The notes under the pieces are model-generated. The model was not told the DNA's origin, did no database searches, and worked only from the letters and a program-made list of their open reading frames with translations. This document shows positions 10,673-20,936 of a DNA stretch of 64,000 nt, in pieces. Position 1 is the first letter of the stretch; the number at the start of each line of letters is the position of its first letter. Both the position numbers and the translations under genes were made by a program. The DNA is taken from positions 86,355 through 150,354 of the forward strand of contig CAZGJD010000001.1 in assembly GCA_964526385.1 (NCBI GenBank). The letters run 5' to 3'. The stretch comes from an uncultured Candidatus Poseidoniales archaeon (lineage in GTDB: Archaea; Thermoplasmatota; Poseidoniia; Poseidoniales; Poseidoniaceae).

Positions 10673-12180
10673 AAAAGTTTCATTTGCCCTGAATTTTCTG
10701 ATTCATCTTCATTTGGCTCGCCAGTGTCAGGCACATCCTCGAAAGAGTCTGCTTCCTCAATGAAAGAGTCTACATTTTCATTATATTCAGATTGTTTTTG
10801 GGAATAAACTTCCATGATTTCTTTAGTTGAACGATGAGACACTTTCAGACCACATAATGCTACGTGTTCTTCTGGTGAAAGCCCGAGTGACAATGAAATT
10901 TCAAAGTCATTGGGGTCTTGTAGTTGAACCGCTATTAATGATGGCAATAACTCTTCTCTAACTGCTTTTTTGGAACATCCACAAGTTTCTGATAACCTTT
11001 CTACCACTGAATTTCTAACCCATGCGGACCGTTGTCTAAGAAAACCAGGGTAAGAACAAAATATTCTACCTTCGATTGGGTTAGATGTCGTGACGCTCGC
11101 TGCTAATGACGATAGATTTGAGCTCCAATAATACGACCTATGTGCGGTATTTCTAAATCTTGCATTTATCATATTATCAGACTTTGCAAGAGATATTGAG
11201 CCCCTCCTAATTGCATTCTTATCGGTGAAAACTACTCCATTATTCCATGAAATCCAAGCAGTCATATCATCAGGGCTTTTATCTAATTTCCTTGAAATTT
11301 CGACTGCTTTATCTGCAAATCTTGTACGGTACAAAAGATCTAAGCCTGGGAAAATCTCAACAGATGTGTCACGCAATCCCGTTTCAATATTATCAAAAAC
11401 GACTTCAGATGTCAAGTTATCTTCTATTAAATTCGACATTACTTGCAAGTCTCTAACAAGGGCGCGTAAATCACCTGGATTGTTTCTAATCAAATCATTG
11501 ATAGCACCCGGGTCCGCAGTATATCCTTCTTCCTTAAGGACGCGAAGTGCGATTCTCCTTAATGCTTCATCAGAAGCTCTTTCAAATTTGATGATGTTTA
11601 AGAATGGTGAAAATCGATCTCTGGTGTTTCTCCATGAGGATGAGCTTCTTCCCCACAATCCCATCTCATCATTGCAAGCAAGGATAACTGGCTGTTTAGT
11701 ATTTGATAATAATTTCAGAAGCTCTGCTTTTCCTCCACTATCCCCTTTTAGGTCATCAGAAGGCTTGCTGTCACCACTGATAATGTTTGAAATTCTGTTA
11801 TCAGATATTTCCTTTAGTCCACCCGATAAATGGTCAACCTCATCAAGTAAAATTAGTGTTCGATTTGGAGCTGATTTGTTAAAATTAAACAATGAACCAT
11901 GAGTTGATGCATGGGTAGCTGCCTTTCTTATTGCACCCGCATTTCTTGCATCACTAGCATTTAATTCGATTACCTGCCAATTCATATCATTCGCAATTGC
12001 TCTTGCTATGGTTGTTTTACCTACACCGGGTGGACCAATGAGAAGTAAGCCTGGTTTCTTGGGCGAGCCTTCTGCCCAATCGTTCAACCAACCTCGAATA
12101 ATTTTTCTTTGCCTTTCATTACCCTCTAACTGACGCTCACTCTTAGGACGATGCCTTTCAGTCCAATCACTGACCGTCAT
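10669..12180 (-). CDS. rfcL: Replication factor C large subunit
   Basis: WTERHRP, GPPGVGKT, IELNASD, LLDEVD, GDLR. Acidic tail ends in PIP-like QMKLF. Confidence 0.9.
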   Translation of the reverse strand: MTVSDWTERHRPKSERQLEGNERQRKIIRGWLNDWAEGSPKKPGLLLIGPPGVGKTTIARAIANDMNWQVIELNASDARNAGAIRKAATHASTHGSLFNFNKSAPNRTLILLDEVDHLSGGLKEISDNRISNIISGDSKPSDDLKGDSGGKAELLKLLSNTKQPVILACNDEMGLWGRSSSSWRNTRDRFSPFLNIIKFERASDEALRRIALRVLKEEGYTADPGAINDLIRNNPGDLRALVRDLQVMSNLIEDNLTSEVVFDNIETGLRDTSVEIFPGLDLLYRTRFADKAVEISRKLDKSPDDMTAWISWNNGVVFTDKNAIRRGSISLAKSDNMINARFRNTAHRSYYWSSNLSSLAASVTTSNPIEGRIFCSYPGFLRQRSAWVRNSVVERLSETCGCSKKAVREELLPSLIAVQLQDPNDFEISLSLGLSPEEHVALCGLKVSHRSTKEIMEVYSQKQSEYNENVDSFIEEADSFEDVPDTGEPNEDESENSGQMKLF

Positions 12181-12218
12181 ATCACCCTGTTACGGCAGGT
12201 ATCACTTGAATGTTGGTT

Positions 12219-13889
12219 TTAGAAAAAAGGCAAATCATCGATTGGAATTCGTTTCTGATTTGTTGAATCTCTCTCCCTTATCGTAACAGATTTGTCAGAT
12301 AATGAATCATGGTCTACAGTAATGCAAAATGGGACACCGATTTCATCGGCTCTTGCGTAGCGCCGACCTATAGAACCACTACCATCATATACCGAAAATA
12401 TCCCGTTTTTTGCACACAACCTACGGTGTATTTCCATTGCTAAATCCTCCATTCCATCTTTCTCGAAAAGAGGTAAAACTGCAACATCAATAGGCGACAC
12501 TATTTGTTCAAACTCCAACCTATTGTAAACTTCACCATCCTTGTCTAACTCATTATATGAATGGTCGATCAAATGCCAGATTATTCTATCAATTCCAAAT
12601 GCTGGCTCAACAACATGGGGTATGTACCATTCACCAGATACAGTTTCAGTTGCCTTTACCCTTTTGACATGTTCTTCCCCTATAGAAACATCCTGCCCAT
12701 CGATTTCACGAACAACAGGGAATGTTGTTTCGGCAGGAAGTTGTTCAATTATTTCCTTCACTTTACCTGCGAGTTGACGGAATGCAGGTCCTGCTGTAGC
12801 ACCATTAATCGCCCAACCGTTTTTTTCTACCATTTTAGGTTCGTCGAATAATCTCCATGCCCTAAGGCGTTGACCAGTAGCGGTTTCATGAGCTTCTAAG
12901 TCGTAACAACCGCGATGGGCTACACCTACACACTCAATCCAGCCATATGAGCCATTTATCTCAGCATCCCAACAGTCTTGGGCATAGTGAGCCATCTCGG
13001 TAGACAAGTGCTGCCTAAACCTAATATGTTCGGATTTGATACCAATTTTAATTAAGAAATCATAAGTCATTGCCATAAAAAAACCAACTGTTTGGTCTCG
13101 AATTATGTTTTGGTGCGTCGCTTCAGAAAAACTCATAATTATTTCCTTTTCATCATCTGGAACTAACTGTACCTCACGATCTAATGATGAAAAATCATGA
13201 TCTACTTCCGCTTCTGGGTCGATAAAATATTCCAACTCAGCCATGTTAAATTCTCTTAAACGAATCATACCTTGTCTTGGACTTATTTCATTTCTGTACC
13301 CTTTGCCTATTTGGACGGCACCAAACGGTAGCCTCTCTCTAAAGTGTCTATAAAGTGGGAGAAAGGATGTAAACATTCCTTGTGCAGTTTCTGGTCTAAG
13401 GAAGCCATCTCTAGCTGATGAACCAACTCCGATTTTTGTGTTAAACATTAGATTTTGTGATTTTAATTCACCAAATTCTAAAGAATTACAATTTGGACAC
13501 ACAGGTTTGTGCTTCTCGAATAATTGCTCAAGCTCACTCTTGGACAATGCGTCTGCATTTGGATGAAATTCTTCGATTAAGTGGTCCGCACGACTCGCTT
13601 CATGACATTCTAGGCATTCGGTCAGATAATCACTGAATTCTCCAACGTGACCACTTGCTTCTAAAACTGAAAATGGAGTTACAGTTGGGCATGAGATTTC
13701 AACAATATTACCCAATGATTGCCAATGTTCTAACCAAGATTGAATTACTTTATTTCGGAGTCTGCCCCCAACTGGACCAAAATCATACAGGCCAGCAATT
13801 CCACCATGAATTTCATAGGCGGGAAGGATAATTCCACGACGTTTTAGCATACCTGTTAACCTGGCCAAGCGGTCTGAGGTAAACTCCAT
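12219..13889 (-). CDS. glyS: Glycyl-tRNA synthetase (dimeric type)
   Basis: LRPETAQG, RNEISPRQGMIRLREF, EPAFGIDR, GSIGRRYARADEIG. Confidence 0.97.
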   Translation of the reverse strand: MEFTSDRLARLTGMLKRRGIILPAYEIHGGIAGLYDFGPVGGRLRNKVIQSWLEHWQSLGNIVEISCPTVTPFSVLEASGHVGEFSDYLTECLECHEASRADHLIEEFHPNADALSKSELEQLFEKHKPVCPNCNSLEFGELKSQNLMFNTKIGVGSSARDGFLRPETAQGMFTSFLPLYRHFRERLPFGAVQIGKGYRNEISPRQGMIRLREFNMAELEYFIDPEAEVDHDFSSLDREVQLVPDDEKEIIMSFSEATHQNIIRDQTVGFFMAMTYDFLIKIGIKSEHIRFRQHLSTEMAHYAQDCWDAEINGSYGWIECVGVAHRGCYDLEAHETATGQRLRAWRLFDEPKMVEKNGWAINGATAGPAFRQLAGKVKEIIEQLPAETTFPVVREIDGQDVSIGEEHVKRVKATETVSGEWYIPHVVEPAFGIDRIIWHLIDHSYNELDKDGEVYNRLEFEQIVSPIDVAVLPLFEKDGMEDLAMEIHRRLCAKNGIFSVYDGSGSIGRRYARADEIGVPFCITVDHDSLSDKSVTIRERDSTNQKRIPIDDLPFF

Positions 13890-14046
13890 CGTCTCTTTCG
13901 ATATCTAAGAACTAAATTAGTTAATCTGATAATTTTCTGAATAAACACTCAATGCTACTTTTAAGGTGAAAACTCGTTCTTATATAAACCAAACATTCAT
14001 CTACTCATCACATACGCTGAGGGACCATCAGAGCGAGAGAATTATT

Positions 14047-17000
14047 ATGGCAGAAATCTCATACTTAGATTCACCATTAGAATCTGAAAAACTTTTTGAG
14101 AAATTAAGTCAGCCTGTTCGCAATTGGTTTAGGGATAAATTCCCTGACTTCACCGCACCCCAAAAACTTGCGATACCCTCCATAATGGAGGGTGACCATT
14201 TACTACTCTGCTCGCCAACAGGTTCTGGTAAAACCCTAACTGCTTTTCTAACGGTAATAGACGACCTTGTAAGGAAGGCTATGGAAGGAAAATTAGACGA
14301 CAAGGTATACTGTTTGTATATTTCACCAATCAAGGCTCTTGCAAATGACATACAGAAAAACTTGATCGGTCCACTTAGTGAAATTGAGGAAAAATATCTT
14401 CCTGACAGAGCTCAAGGAAAAATTCGAGTTGGTTTGCGAACTGGAGACACACCACAATCAGAGCGCCAAAAAATGTTAAGAAAGCCCCCTCATATTCTGA
14501 TTACTACTCCTGAAAGCATGGCTATCGCTATATCTTCCCCTAAATTCCAGCCTATTGTTTCGCAAGTAAAGTGGATAATTATTGACGAAATGCACTCTTT
14601 AGTTCCAACAAAAAGAGGAGTACATCTAGCACTTACAATATCATTGTTAGATACTATTTTGGATAATCCTGTTCAAAGAATTGGTATTTCAGCGACAATG
14701 GAGCCACTTGAAACCGTTGCTGAATACCTCGTTGCAAGCGATGATCGAGAATCACGAGATGGAGCACAGCCTGTTAAGATTGCAAAGATAAGCGGTGCTA
14801 GAGAATTAGATTTAGACATTTTACTTTGTTCCCCAAAATTTAGTGAATTATCGGTAATGAAAGTTCTTGAAATGAATGTGGAAATGATAGCTGACTTGAT
14901 TAGCGCTCACAATACGACACTCGTATTTGCTAACACCAGAAAAATGACTGAAACTTTGGTGCAAAAACTCAGACCATACCTGGATGATTTGATTGCTGGA
15001 CACCATGGGTCAATGGATAAAAGAATCCGTTTGGATGTAGAGAGAAAATTGAAACTCGGACACCTGCGAGCTGTAGTAACCTCATCATCATTGGAAATGG
15101 GTATAGACATAGGTTCAGTAGATATGGTAGTACAAGTTGGTTCACCAGGAGATATTGCGACTGCTCTGCAACGAATAGGAAGGGCTGGCCATCATGTAGG
15201 TGGAATTCCAAGAGCGAGATTTCTTCCATCAAGCGTGGACGATTTAATGGAATTAGCAGCATTACAGGCAGCCATACAGACTGGCGACATGGACCGCTTA
15301 GATTTCCCGGAAAATTGTCTTGATGTCTTAGCTCAATACTTAATCGGACTTGTTATTATTAACGATAGGGATATTGATGAGGCCTTTGAAATCGTAAAAA
15401 GTACATGGTCATACAGAAATTTAGAATATGACGAATTTATTGAAGTACTCGATATGTTAGATGATGAAAGAAGAGTCTGGATAGACTGGGAAGAAAATCT
15501 CTATGGAAAGAGAGGTTATTCTAGGATGATTTATTATACAAACATTGGAACTATAGCCCCTGATAATTCATACCTTGTTTTCAATGCTGAGGGAAGTATT
15601 CTTGGTCAGTTATCTTCGTCATTCGTTGCTAATTTAAGAAATGGGGATGTTATCCTGCTTGGTGGTTCGACATATCGAGTTACCAATATTCAGGGAACTA
15701 GAGTAAATGTAACATCTGTAACAGGATATAGACCTACTGTACCTTCTTGGAGTGGAGAAGCAAGAAGTCGTTCGAGGGAATTATCTAGGGCTCTATTAGA
15801 CCTCATTGGTCATACAGTCAACGCATTGAGGAAACAATTCGACCCTCGTGTAATTCTTAGAGATGTATACGGATTGGGAGAAGGAGTCGCAAATACAATA
15901 GCAAGACATCTAGAAGAGCACACCTTGGACTCATTCCAAATTCCAGATCCTAATCGATTGATCATTGAAGAGGTCGTCAGTGGAGGGATGCCAACATACA
16001 TGATTACTTCCTGTCGAGGAAGAGGATTCAATACAGCCTTTGGATACTTTATGGCTGGATTGGCTGAACAATCAGGAATCGCTGTTTTGGAATTATCATT
16101 TGACGAGAATGGGTTATTATTCAAGACAAGTCAAGCTATAGACCCTGCGGAAATGTTGAACACTTTCAGAAATAATGATCATATTGAGGTAATTGAGAGG
16201 TATATTATCAATACACAAATTTTTGCTAAGAGATTTAGAGAAGTTGCAGGAAGGTCTCTAATTATTCCAAAGCGTATCGGAGCGGAGGAAGTAAGCCCTC
16301 AACAATTCCAGCAACGGGCAGATTCATTATTACAGAGACATCGCTCAATTGAGGATTCTTTGCTAATTAAGGAAGCAAAAAATGAAATTATGTTTGCCGA
16401 TATTGACATTAAATCACTTTCGTCTTTCTTGGAATCAAGCATGAATTCTGAAACCAGAATAGTACACTCAAAGGTCGCAATACCATCTAAACTTGGTATG
16501 AGTTTGTACATGAGTTCATTCGAGGATTTATTGTCGATGAAGACAAGAGCTTTCCTGGTTAAAGACATTGACCCCGAAATCCTGCGAAGACTCCTAGGAA
16601 ATAGAAGTTTAGCTACAGAATTAACCGATGATCAATTACAGGAATACTACTCAAGCAAAGTACCAAAACCAACAAACGCCAATGAATTATTGGATTTGAT
16701 GAAAAAAGGAGGAGGTTTGGATCGAAATTGGGAAAACCCTCTCTACGAAGAAAAACTCAAAGGAATTGAACATTCAACAATTGAAAATTGGGTCAAGCAA
16801 CTAGCTTCGGAAGATAAAATCAGAAAAATAAGGTCCACAGGCTCAAAGGAACTCGATGACAAGTGGTTTGCAGATTATATGGCTGAAATCCATGGAACTC
16901 TTGGATGCATTGCAAAGGCTGGTGGAAAAGATGTTACCGATATTAGAGATTTTTATACAAAAGACTTGATGTTTGAAATTTCAGTAGAATATGATGGTCT

Positions 17001-19338
17001 AAATCCAACAAAATGGGAAAAAGTAAGTATCTCTGACCCTCACGAAGCATTGCGCGTCAAAATTATCGAAATGCTCGGGAGTGAAGGTCCAAGAACTGGT
17101 GAATATATCATAGAAAGATTGCCATTTCCTCAAGGACAAATCGATTCGATTCTGCATGAACTTGAAATGCGCAATGTTCTTTCTGTAGGATTTTACAAGC
17201 AGACAGACGATGCGGAATATATTCTGAAAGTAGATGAGCATAGGATTACAGGTGGGGAAGATGAAGTATTGGAATACCGTTGGATTCAAAATCTTGTGAT
17301 GCAGAAATCTTTCAATCAGCATACTGATGGCTTTACAGCATTTAACAATCATATTCTATTCCAAAAACAACAAGAAATGTTGTACAGAGTTAAAGATTTC
17401 AGATATGCAGATTGGAAAGACCTCCAACTAGATACGGATGTAATTATGGGCAGGCTTCTACACAACAGAATAGGGTATACAACTAAGGAGAATCTGCCGA
17501 TGTTACTGGGTTTGAAACCTGAACCGTGGCTTGGTGAAATGGAGAAACTTGTTCTCGAGAAAATTCCAAAGGGTGAGAATTTAACACGGCAAGAAATGCT
17601 AATTGATTTCCCCAAAGGTGACGAACACAAATCATTGCAAAGAGACCTCAAAAATGCAGTAAATAATTTAGAAAGACAATTATGTCTCGTCAAACAATTT
17701 GAAGATGTCGTTGGAAGGAGACGTAGGCTATCTCTATTCCACAGAGTTGTTGACGTGTACGAACCAATGTCTTTCGAAGATTCACTAGCAGAAGTTATCA
17801 AAAGAATCGGTCCAGTAAAGGCATTCACCCTAAGGTATTATGTTTCAAGAAGTGTTGAAGAACTTGCATTGGCACTGCGTAATTTGGAAAATAGTGGTAG
17901 AATTGCAAAAGTAATGGCGTTGGTCCCTGAACCAGAAGCATTCTATGTCGCTCCCGATGAAGTGGAATTTTTATCACATCCTTCTAAAGAAGAGCGTTCA
18001 CTCAGAATTTTGACCCAATCGGACCCTTATGTTTCAAGATTTATTTGGGAAGTTAGGTCGATTTTGGACAGAGGGTGGTATTTACCAGTCTTCAAGGGTG
18101 TGGACCCAGTTGGAAAAGTTCTCATGTTCAAAGTGAATGATTATCTAGAAATCAAGGATATGCACATACCTTATGCATATCTGGATGAATTTTGTATTGC
18201 CTTCGAAAAATTATTGGACAATCATTCAGATCAGTTAGTTGATGTAGCAGTTTTATCTCAATTCAATGGAGTACCAGTCAGTGAATTAGAGGATGATTCT
18301 AGGAAAGCACTAGAATCTATTGGATTCAAATTAGCCGGAGAACGAATGATTAGGGGAGGAATCGTTGACCCTCAACCGAAAGAAATCGCAGAAAGAGCAC
18401 TTTTCCATCGACACCACTTACACCAAAACTCCCGATTAGAAAATGAAAACCAAGCTTTGGGCAGTGTTCAAGAAGTTAGAGATGATTTCGGACTGAGGGG
18501 GCGGTCTGAACTATACCGTGTAAGTTTGAAAAATATGGCAAGCGCTCATCAATTGCATCAGGGAATTAATCTGCGAGGTCATCAAGTTTGGGCATCATAT
18601 GACCACTTCTCAACTCTTCTGGCAATTCGTGGCATGGAACCCGATGAGGACCTAATTGACATTCTTGAATTCTTTGAAACAAATAGTGACCCTAACCTTT
18701 TCATGGAGAGGCATGCAATGAAAAGAGCTGAATTCCGAAAACTGATTCAACCATTACTTAGGAGCGGTCACATGGTTCAAGATTATCGAGGTGGATTCCG
18801 TTCTGTTGCACCAAGACAGGGGCTTGACCCTGTGATTTTACGCAAAGAATATCTTCGACGGTTGGTTTCAGATTATCCTGTAATCACATTAAAACAATTT
18901 ATCAGACTTGCTGGAACACCTTTCAAACCTGAAGAATTGAAAGCGATATTAACAGAATTTGAGGAAGATGAAACACTAATCAAAGGATTCCTGATCAAAG
19001 ATTTGATGGAAGTTTGCTGGGGACGAAAAGAATTACTTGAGGAAGCAAGAGACGTTCCCCCAATCAGAGATTTCGTTCTTCCCCCTTCCGACCCTATTGC
19101 ACCGTACTTTGCTGATGTACTGAAACAAAGATTTGGATTTGGTAGCGCTTACCTCGTTTTCCAAAACGCAGAACCTGTTGCAGCATTCAAAGCAAATACG
19201 AGAGACAAGACAATTGACGTTACAGATTACGAAGGTTCTGAAAAGGGTTGGAGAATCGTTAAAGAATTTGCATGGGAGCATCAAATGCCATTAAAAACCG
19301 AATTGAGAATTGGTGGTAAAAAGCAACGAACTTCTTGA
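14047..19338 (+). CDS. lhr: Lhr-family SF2 helicase with long C-terminal extension (about 1763 aa)
   Basis: PTGSGKT, LITTPES, DEMH, SAT, HHGS, LEMGIDIG, QRIGRAGH. Lhr signatures LDVLAQ, NIGTI and PSW.GE. Confidence 0.9.
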   Translation: MAEISYLDSPLESEKLFEKLSQPVRNWFRDKFPDFTAPQKLAIPSIMEGDHLLLCSPTGSGKTLTAFLTVIDDLVRKAMEGKLDDKVYCLYISPIKALANDIQKNLIGPLSEIEEKYLPDRAQGKIRVGLRTGDTPQSERQKMLRKPPHILITTPESMAIAISSPKFQPIVSQVKWIIIDEMHSLVPTKRGVHLALTISLLDTILDNPVQRIGISATMEPLETVAEYLVASDDRESRDGAQPVKIAKISGARELDLDILLCSPKFSELSVMKVLEMNVEMIADLISAHNTTLVFANTRKMTETLVQKLRPYLDDLIAGHHGSMDKRIRLDVERKLKLGHLRAVVTSSSLEMGIDIGSVDMVVQVGSPGDIATALQRIGRAGHHVGGIPRARFLPSSVDDLMELAALQAAIQTGDMDRLDFPENCLDVLAQYLIGLVIINDRDIDEAFEIVKSTWSYRNLEYDEFIEVLDMLDDERRVWIDWEENLYGKRGYSRMIYYTNIGTIAPDNSYLVFNAEGSILGQLSSSFVANLRNGDVILLGGSTYRVTNIQGTRVNVTSVTGYRPTVPSWSGEARSRSRELSRALLDLIGHTVNALRKQFDPRVILRDVYGLGEGVANTIARHLEEHTLDSFQIPDPNRLIIEEVVSGGMPTYMITSCRGRGFNTAFGYFMAGLAEQSGIAVLELSFDENGLLFKTSQAIDPAEMLNTFRNNDHIEVIERYIINTQIFAKRFREVAGRSLIIPKRIGAEEVSPQQFQQRADSLLQRHRSIEDSLLIKEAKNEIMFADIDIKSLSSFLESSMNSETRIVHSKVAIPSKLGMSLYMSSFEDLLSMKTRAFLVKDIDPEILRRLLGNRSLATELTDDQLQEYYSSKVPKPTNANELLDLMKKGGGLDRNWENPLYEEKLKGIEHSTIENWVKQLASEDKIRKIRSTGSKELDDKWFADYMAEIHGTLGCIAKAGGKDVTDIRDFYTKDLMFEISVEYDGLNPTKWEKVSISDPHEALRVKIIEMLGSEGPRTGEYIIERLPFPQGQIDSILHELEMRNVLSVGFYKQTDDAEYILKVDEHRITGGEDEVLEYRWIQNLVMQKSFNQHTDGFTAFNNHILFQKQQEMLYRVKDFRYADWKDLQLDTDVIMGRLLHNRIGYTTKENLPMLLGLKPEPWLGEMEKLVLEKIPKGENLTRQEMLIDFPKGDEHKSLQRDLKNAVNNLERQLCLVKQFEDVVGRRRRLSLFHRVVDVYEPMSFEDSLAEVIKRIGPVKAFTLRYYVSRSVEELALALRNLENSGRIAKVMALVPEPEAFYVAPDEVEFLSHPSKEERSLRILTQSDPYVSRFIWEVRSILDRGWYLPVFKGVDPVGKVLMFKVNDYLEIKDMHIPYAYLDEFCIAFEKLLDNHSDQLVDVAVLSQFNGVPVSELEDDSRKALESIGFKLAGERMIRGGIVDPQPKEIAERALFHRHHLHQNSRLENENQALGSVQEVRDDFGLRGRSELYRVSLKNMASAHQLHQGINLRGHQVWASYDHFSTLLAIRGMEPDEDLIDILEFFETNSDPNLFMERHAMKRAEFRKLIQPLLRSGHMVQDYRGGFRSVAPRQGLDPVILRKEYLRRLVSDYPVITLKQFIRLAGTPFKPEELKAILTEFEEDETLIKGFLIKDLMEVCWGRKELLEEARDVPPIRDFVLPPSDPIAPYFADVLKQRFGFGSAYLVFQNAEPVAAFKANTRDKTIDVTDYEGSEKGWRIVKEFAWEHQMPLKTELRIGGKKQRTS

Positions 19339-20265
19339 TCAACTTCGTAGTTTAGGCTCAAAACCAAGCGGTTTTAGCAAACGCAAAACATGACGATGCA
19401 TTTGAGGAAGCATCTCAAATAAAACCAAAGCAAGTAAGAACATTGCAAATAATGAGACAAATCTAGATGCATAAGAATGGCCAAATTCAAACACTGACAT
19501 TGCCATCCATTCCCAGTTCGGATATTCCATTTGTAGCCAAATAAGACCTGCATTTCTAAATAAATTTAGAATATGTATTAAACTTAGAGAAATGAAAAGT
19601 GCACGTACTCTTTTCTTCCAGTCAACTTCTAAGACAGATATTGCTCCAACAAATATGATTATTGATTGAATTGCGGTACATGCTAATACAAAATTAATGT
19701 AAATTGGTTCACCGTTTACCAACAGTTCTGTGTGAAAAGAATATTCAGACATTTCTTCGGTTAGGAACCACCTATTACCCTCCCAAGATTCCCAAAGAAC
19801 TTTATCACCGTTTACTGGATTTGCATATGTTTCCCCAAGCGTGACTTTTGCCCCTCCGGCAAATGAAAGAAATGCTGCTGACTGCCAGGCAACGAACCAA
19901 ATCGCAAGAACGTTCAATATTGGCACATGCGCTATGAGTATGTAGGGTAGACCCGCAGCAGCTACTGCTCCACGGAACCATCGCAAAGCCTTGGCATCGG
20001 ATTCATTTGACACAGTTTTTTCCCAAATCGAAATCCCAATGGCTCCAGGTAATGTGAGGCCGGACATTACAGTTAGTACTAAGTCATCATGGCTAGCATA
20101 AAACCATGCATCGTTGAAAAAATAAAATCCGGTGAGTACCCAACCTAGGGGAGCCAATGGCTCAAGTTTTTTGGTTTTAGATTTCCAGGTGATAAATAGA
20201 ATTACCATCCCAAGAACACCCATAGGAGTAGCAATTGACCTATCGACCAACAAATCCGCCGCCAT
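19339..20265 (-). CDS. artA: Archaeosortase (ArtA-like; exosortase/archaeosortase family)
   Basis: Multi-pass membrane protein with LACTAIQS (Cys), LNLFRN (Arg) and downstream GHS (His). Confidence 0.78.
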   Translation of the reverse strand: MAADLLVDRSIATPMGVLGMVILFITWKSKTKKLEPLAPLGWVLTGFYFFNDAWFYASHDDLVLTVMSGLTLPGAIGISIWEKTVSNESDAKALRWFRGAVAAAGLPYILIAHVPILNVLAIWFVAWQSAAFLSFAGGAKVTLGETYANPVNGDKVLWESWEGNRWFLTEEMSEYSFHTELLVNGEPIYINFVLACTAIQSIIIFVGAISVLEVDWKKRVRALFISLSLIHILNLFRNAGLIWLQMEYPNWEWMAMSVFEFGHSYASRFVSLFAMFLLALVLFEMLPQMHRHVLRLLKPLGFEPKLRS

Positions 20266-20339
20266 CAGGCATGGTAAAGGTAGCATAGTCAAAGCCGTTT
20301 GCCTTAACTGAAATATCTACGAATAATTTCGCAAACAAT

Positions 20340-20933
20340 ATGCGAGGGCCGATTGTAGAAAATTACGATGTGCCTTTACAAAATTGGAATGGGGCAATAG
20401 CTTACCTTGACAGGGATGGAGTCCTGAATTACGGCAGTCCTAATTACATCAATTCCCCAGAGGAATTAGTAATTATTGATGAAGTGAAAGATTCGATACG
20501 CAGATTACGAAACTTAGGTTTTAAAATTGTTATAGTTACTAATCAATCCGCAATCATGCGTGGTCTTTGGGACCAAAATCGATTGACTACAATTCATAAA
20601 AAATTGATGGATGAAATAGGCGGAATTGACCTGGTCTTAACATGCCCCCATCGCAATCGTGACAGATGTAAATGTAGGAAACCTCAGCCAGGAATGCTAC
20701 AAAAAGCATCGGAACTACTCCGCAATGAGTATATTGAGTCGATAAACTGGTTTGGAGAAAAGCCCAAACCGATTCATGAATTAGATTTAATGGTAGGAGA
20801 CAGAGATTCAGACATGGGTGCTGGTTGGGCAATGGGAGCAAGATTATTCCAAGTGAATGAGAATTTAGGATTGCCTAGTATAATTGATAGAATTGAAAAC
20901 GGGGAATTAGGAGATGATTTTTCTCCGGTGTGA
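20340..20933 (+). CDS. HAD subfamily IIIA phosphatase (GmhB/histidinol-phosphatase-like)
   Basis: DRDGV, VTNQS, CPH..CKCRKP zinc site, MVGDRDSD. Confidence 0.85.
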   Translation: MRGPIVENYDVPLQNWNGAIAYLDRDGVLNYGSPNYINSPEELVIIDEVKDSIRRLRNLGFKIVIVTNQSAIMRGLWDQNRLTTIHKKLMDEIGGIDLVLTCPHRNRDRCKCRKPQPGMLQKASELLRNEYIESINWFGEKPKPIHELDLMVGDRDSDMGAGWAMGARLFQVNENLGLPSIIDRIENGELGDDFSPV

Positions 20934-20936
20934 ATT

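Noticed and set aside
11225-11902. 225 aa + strand ORF, and similar antisense ORFs such as 17349-17828, 27400-27972, 41929-42411 and 43971-44456
   Set aside because: They lie antisense to well-supported genes, have Ser/Ile/Phe-rich shadow composition and show no motifs.
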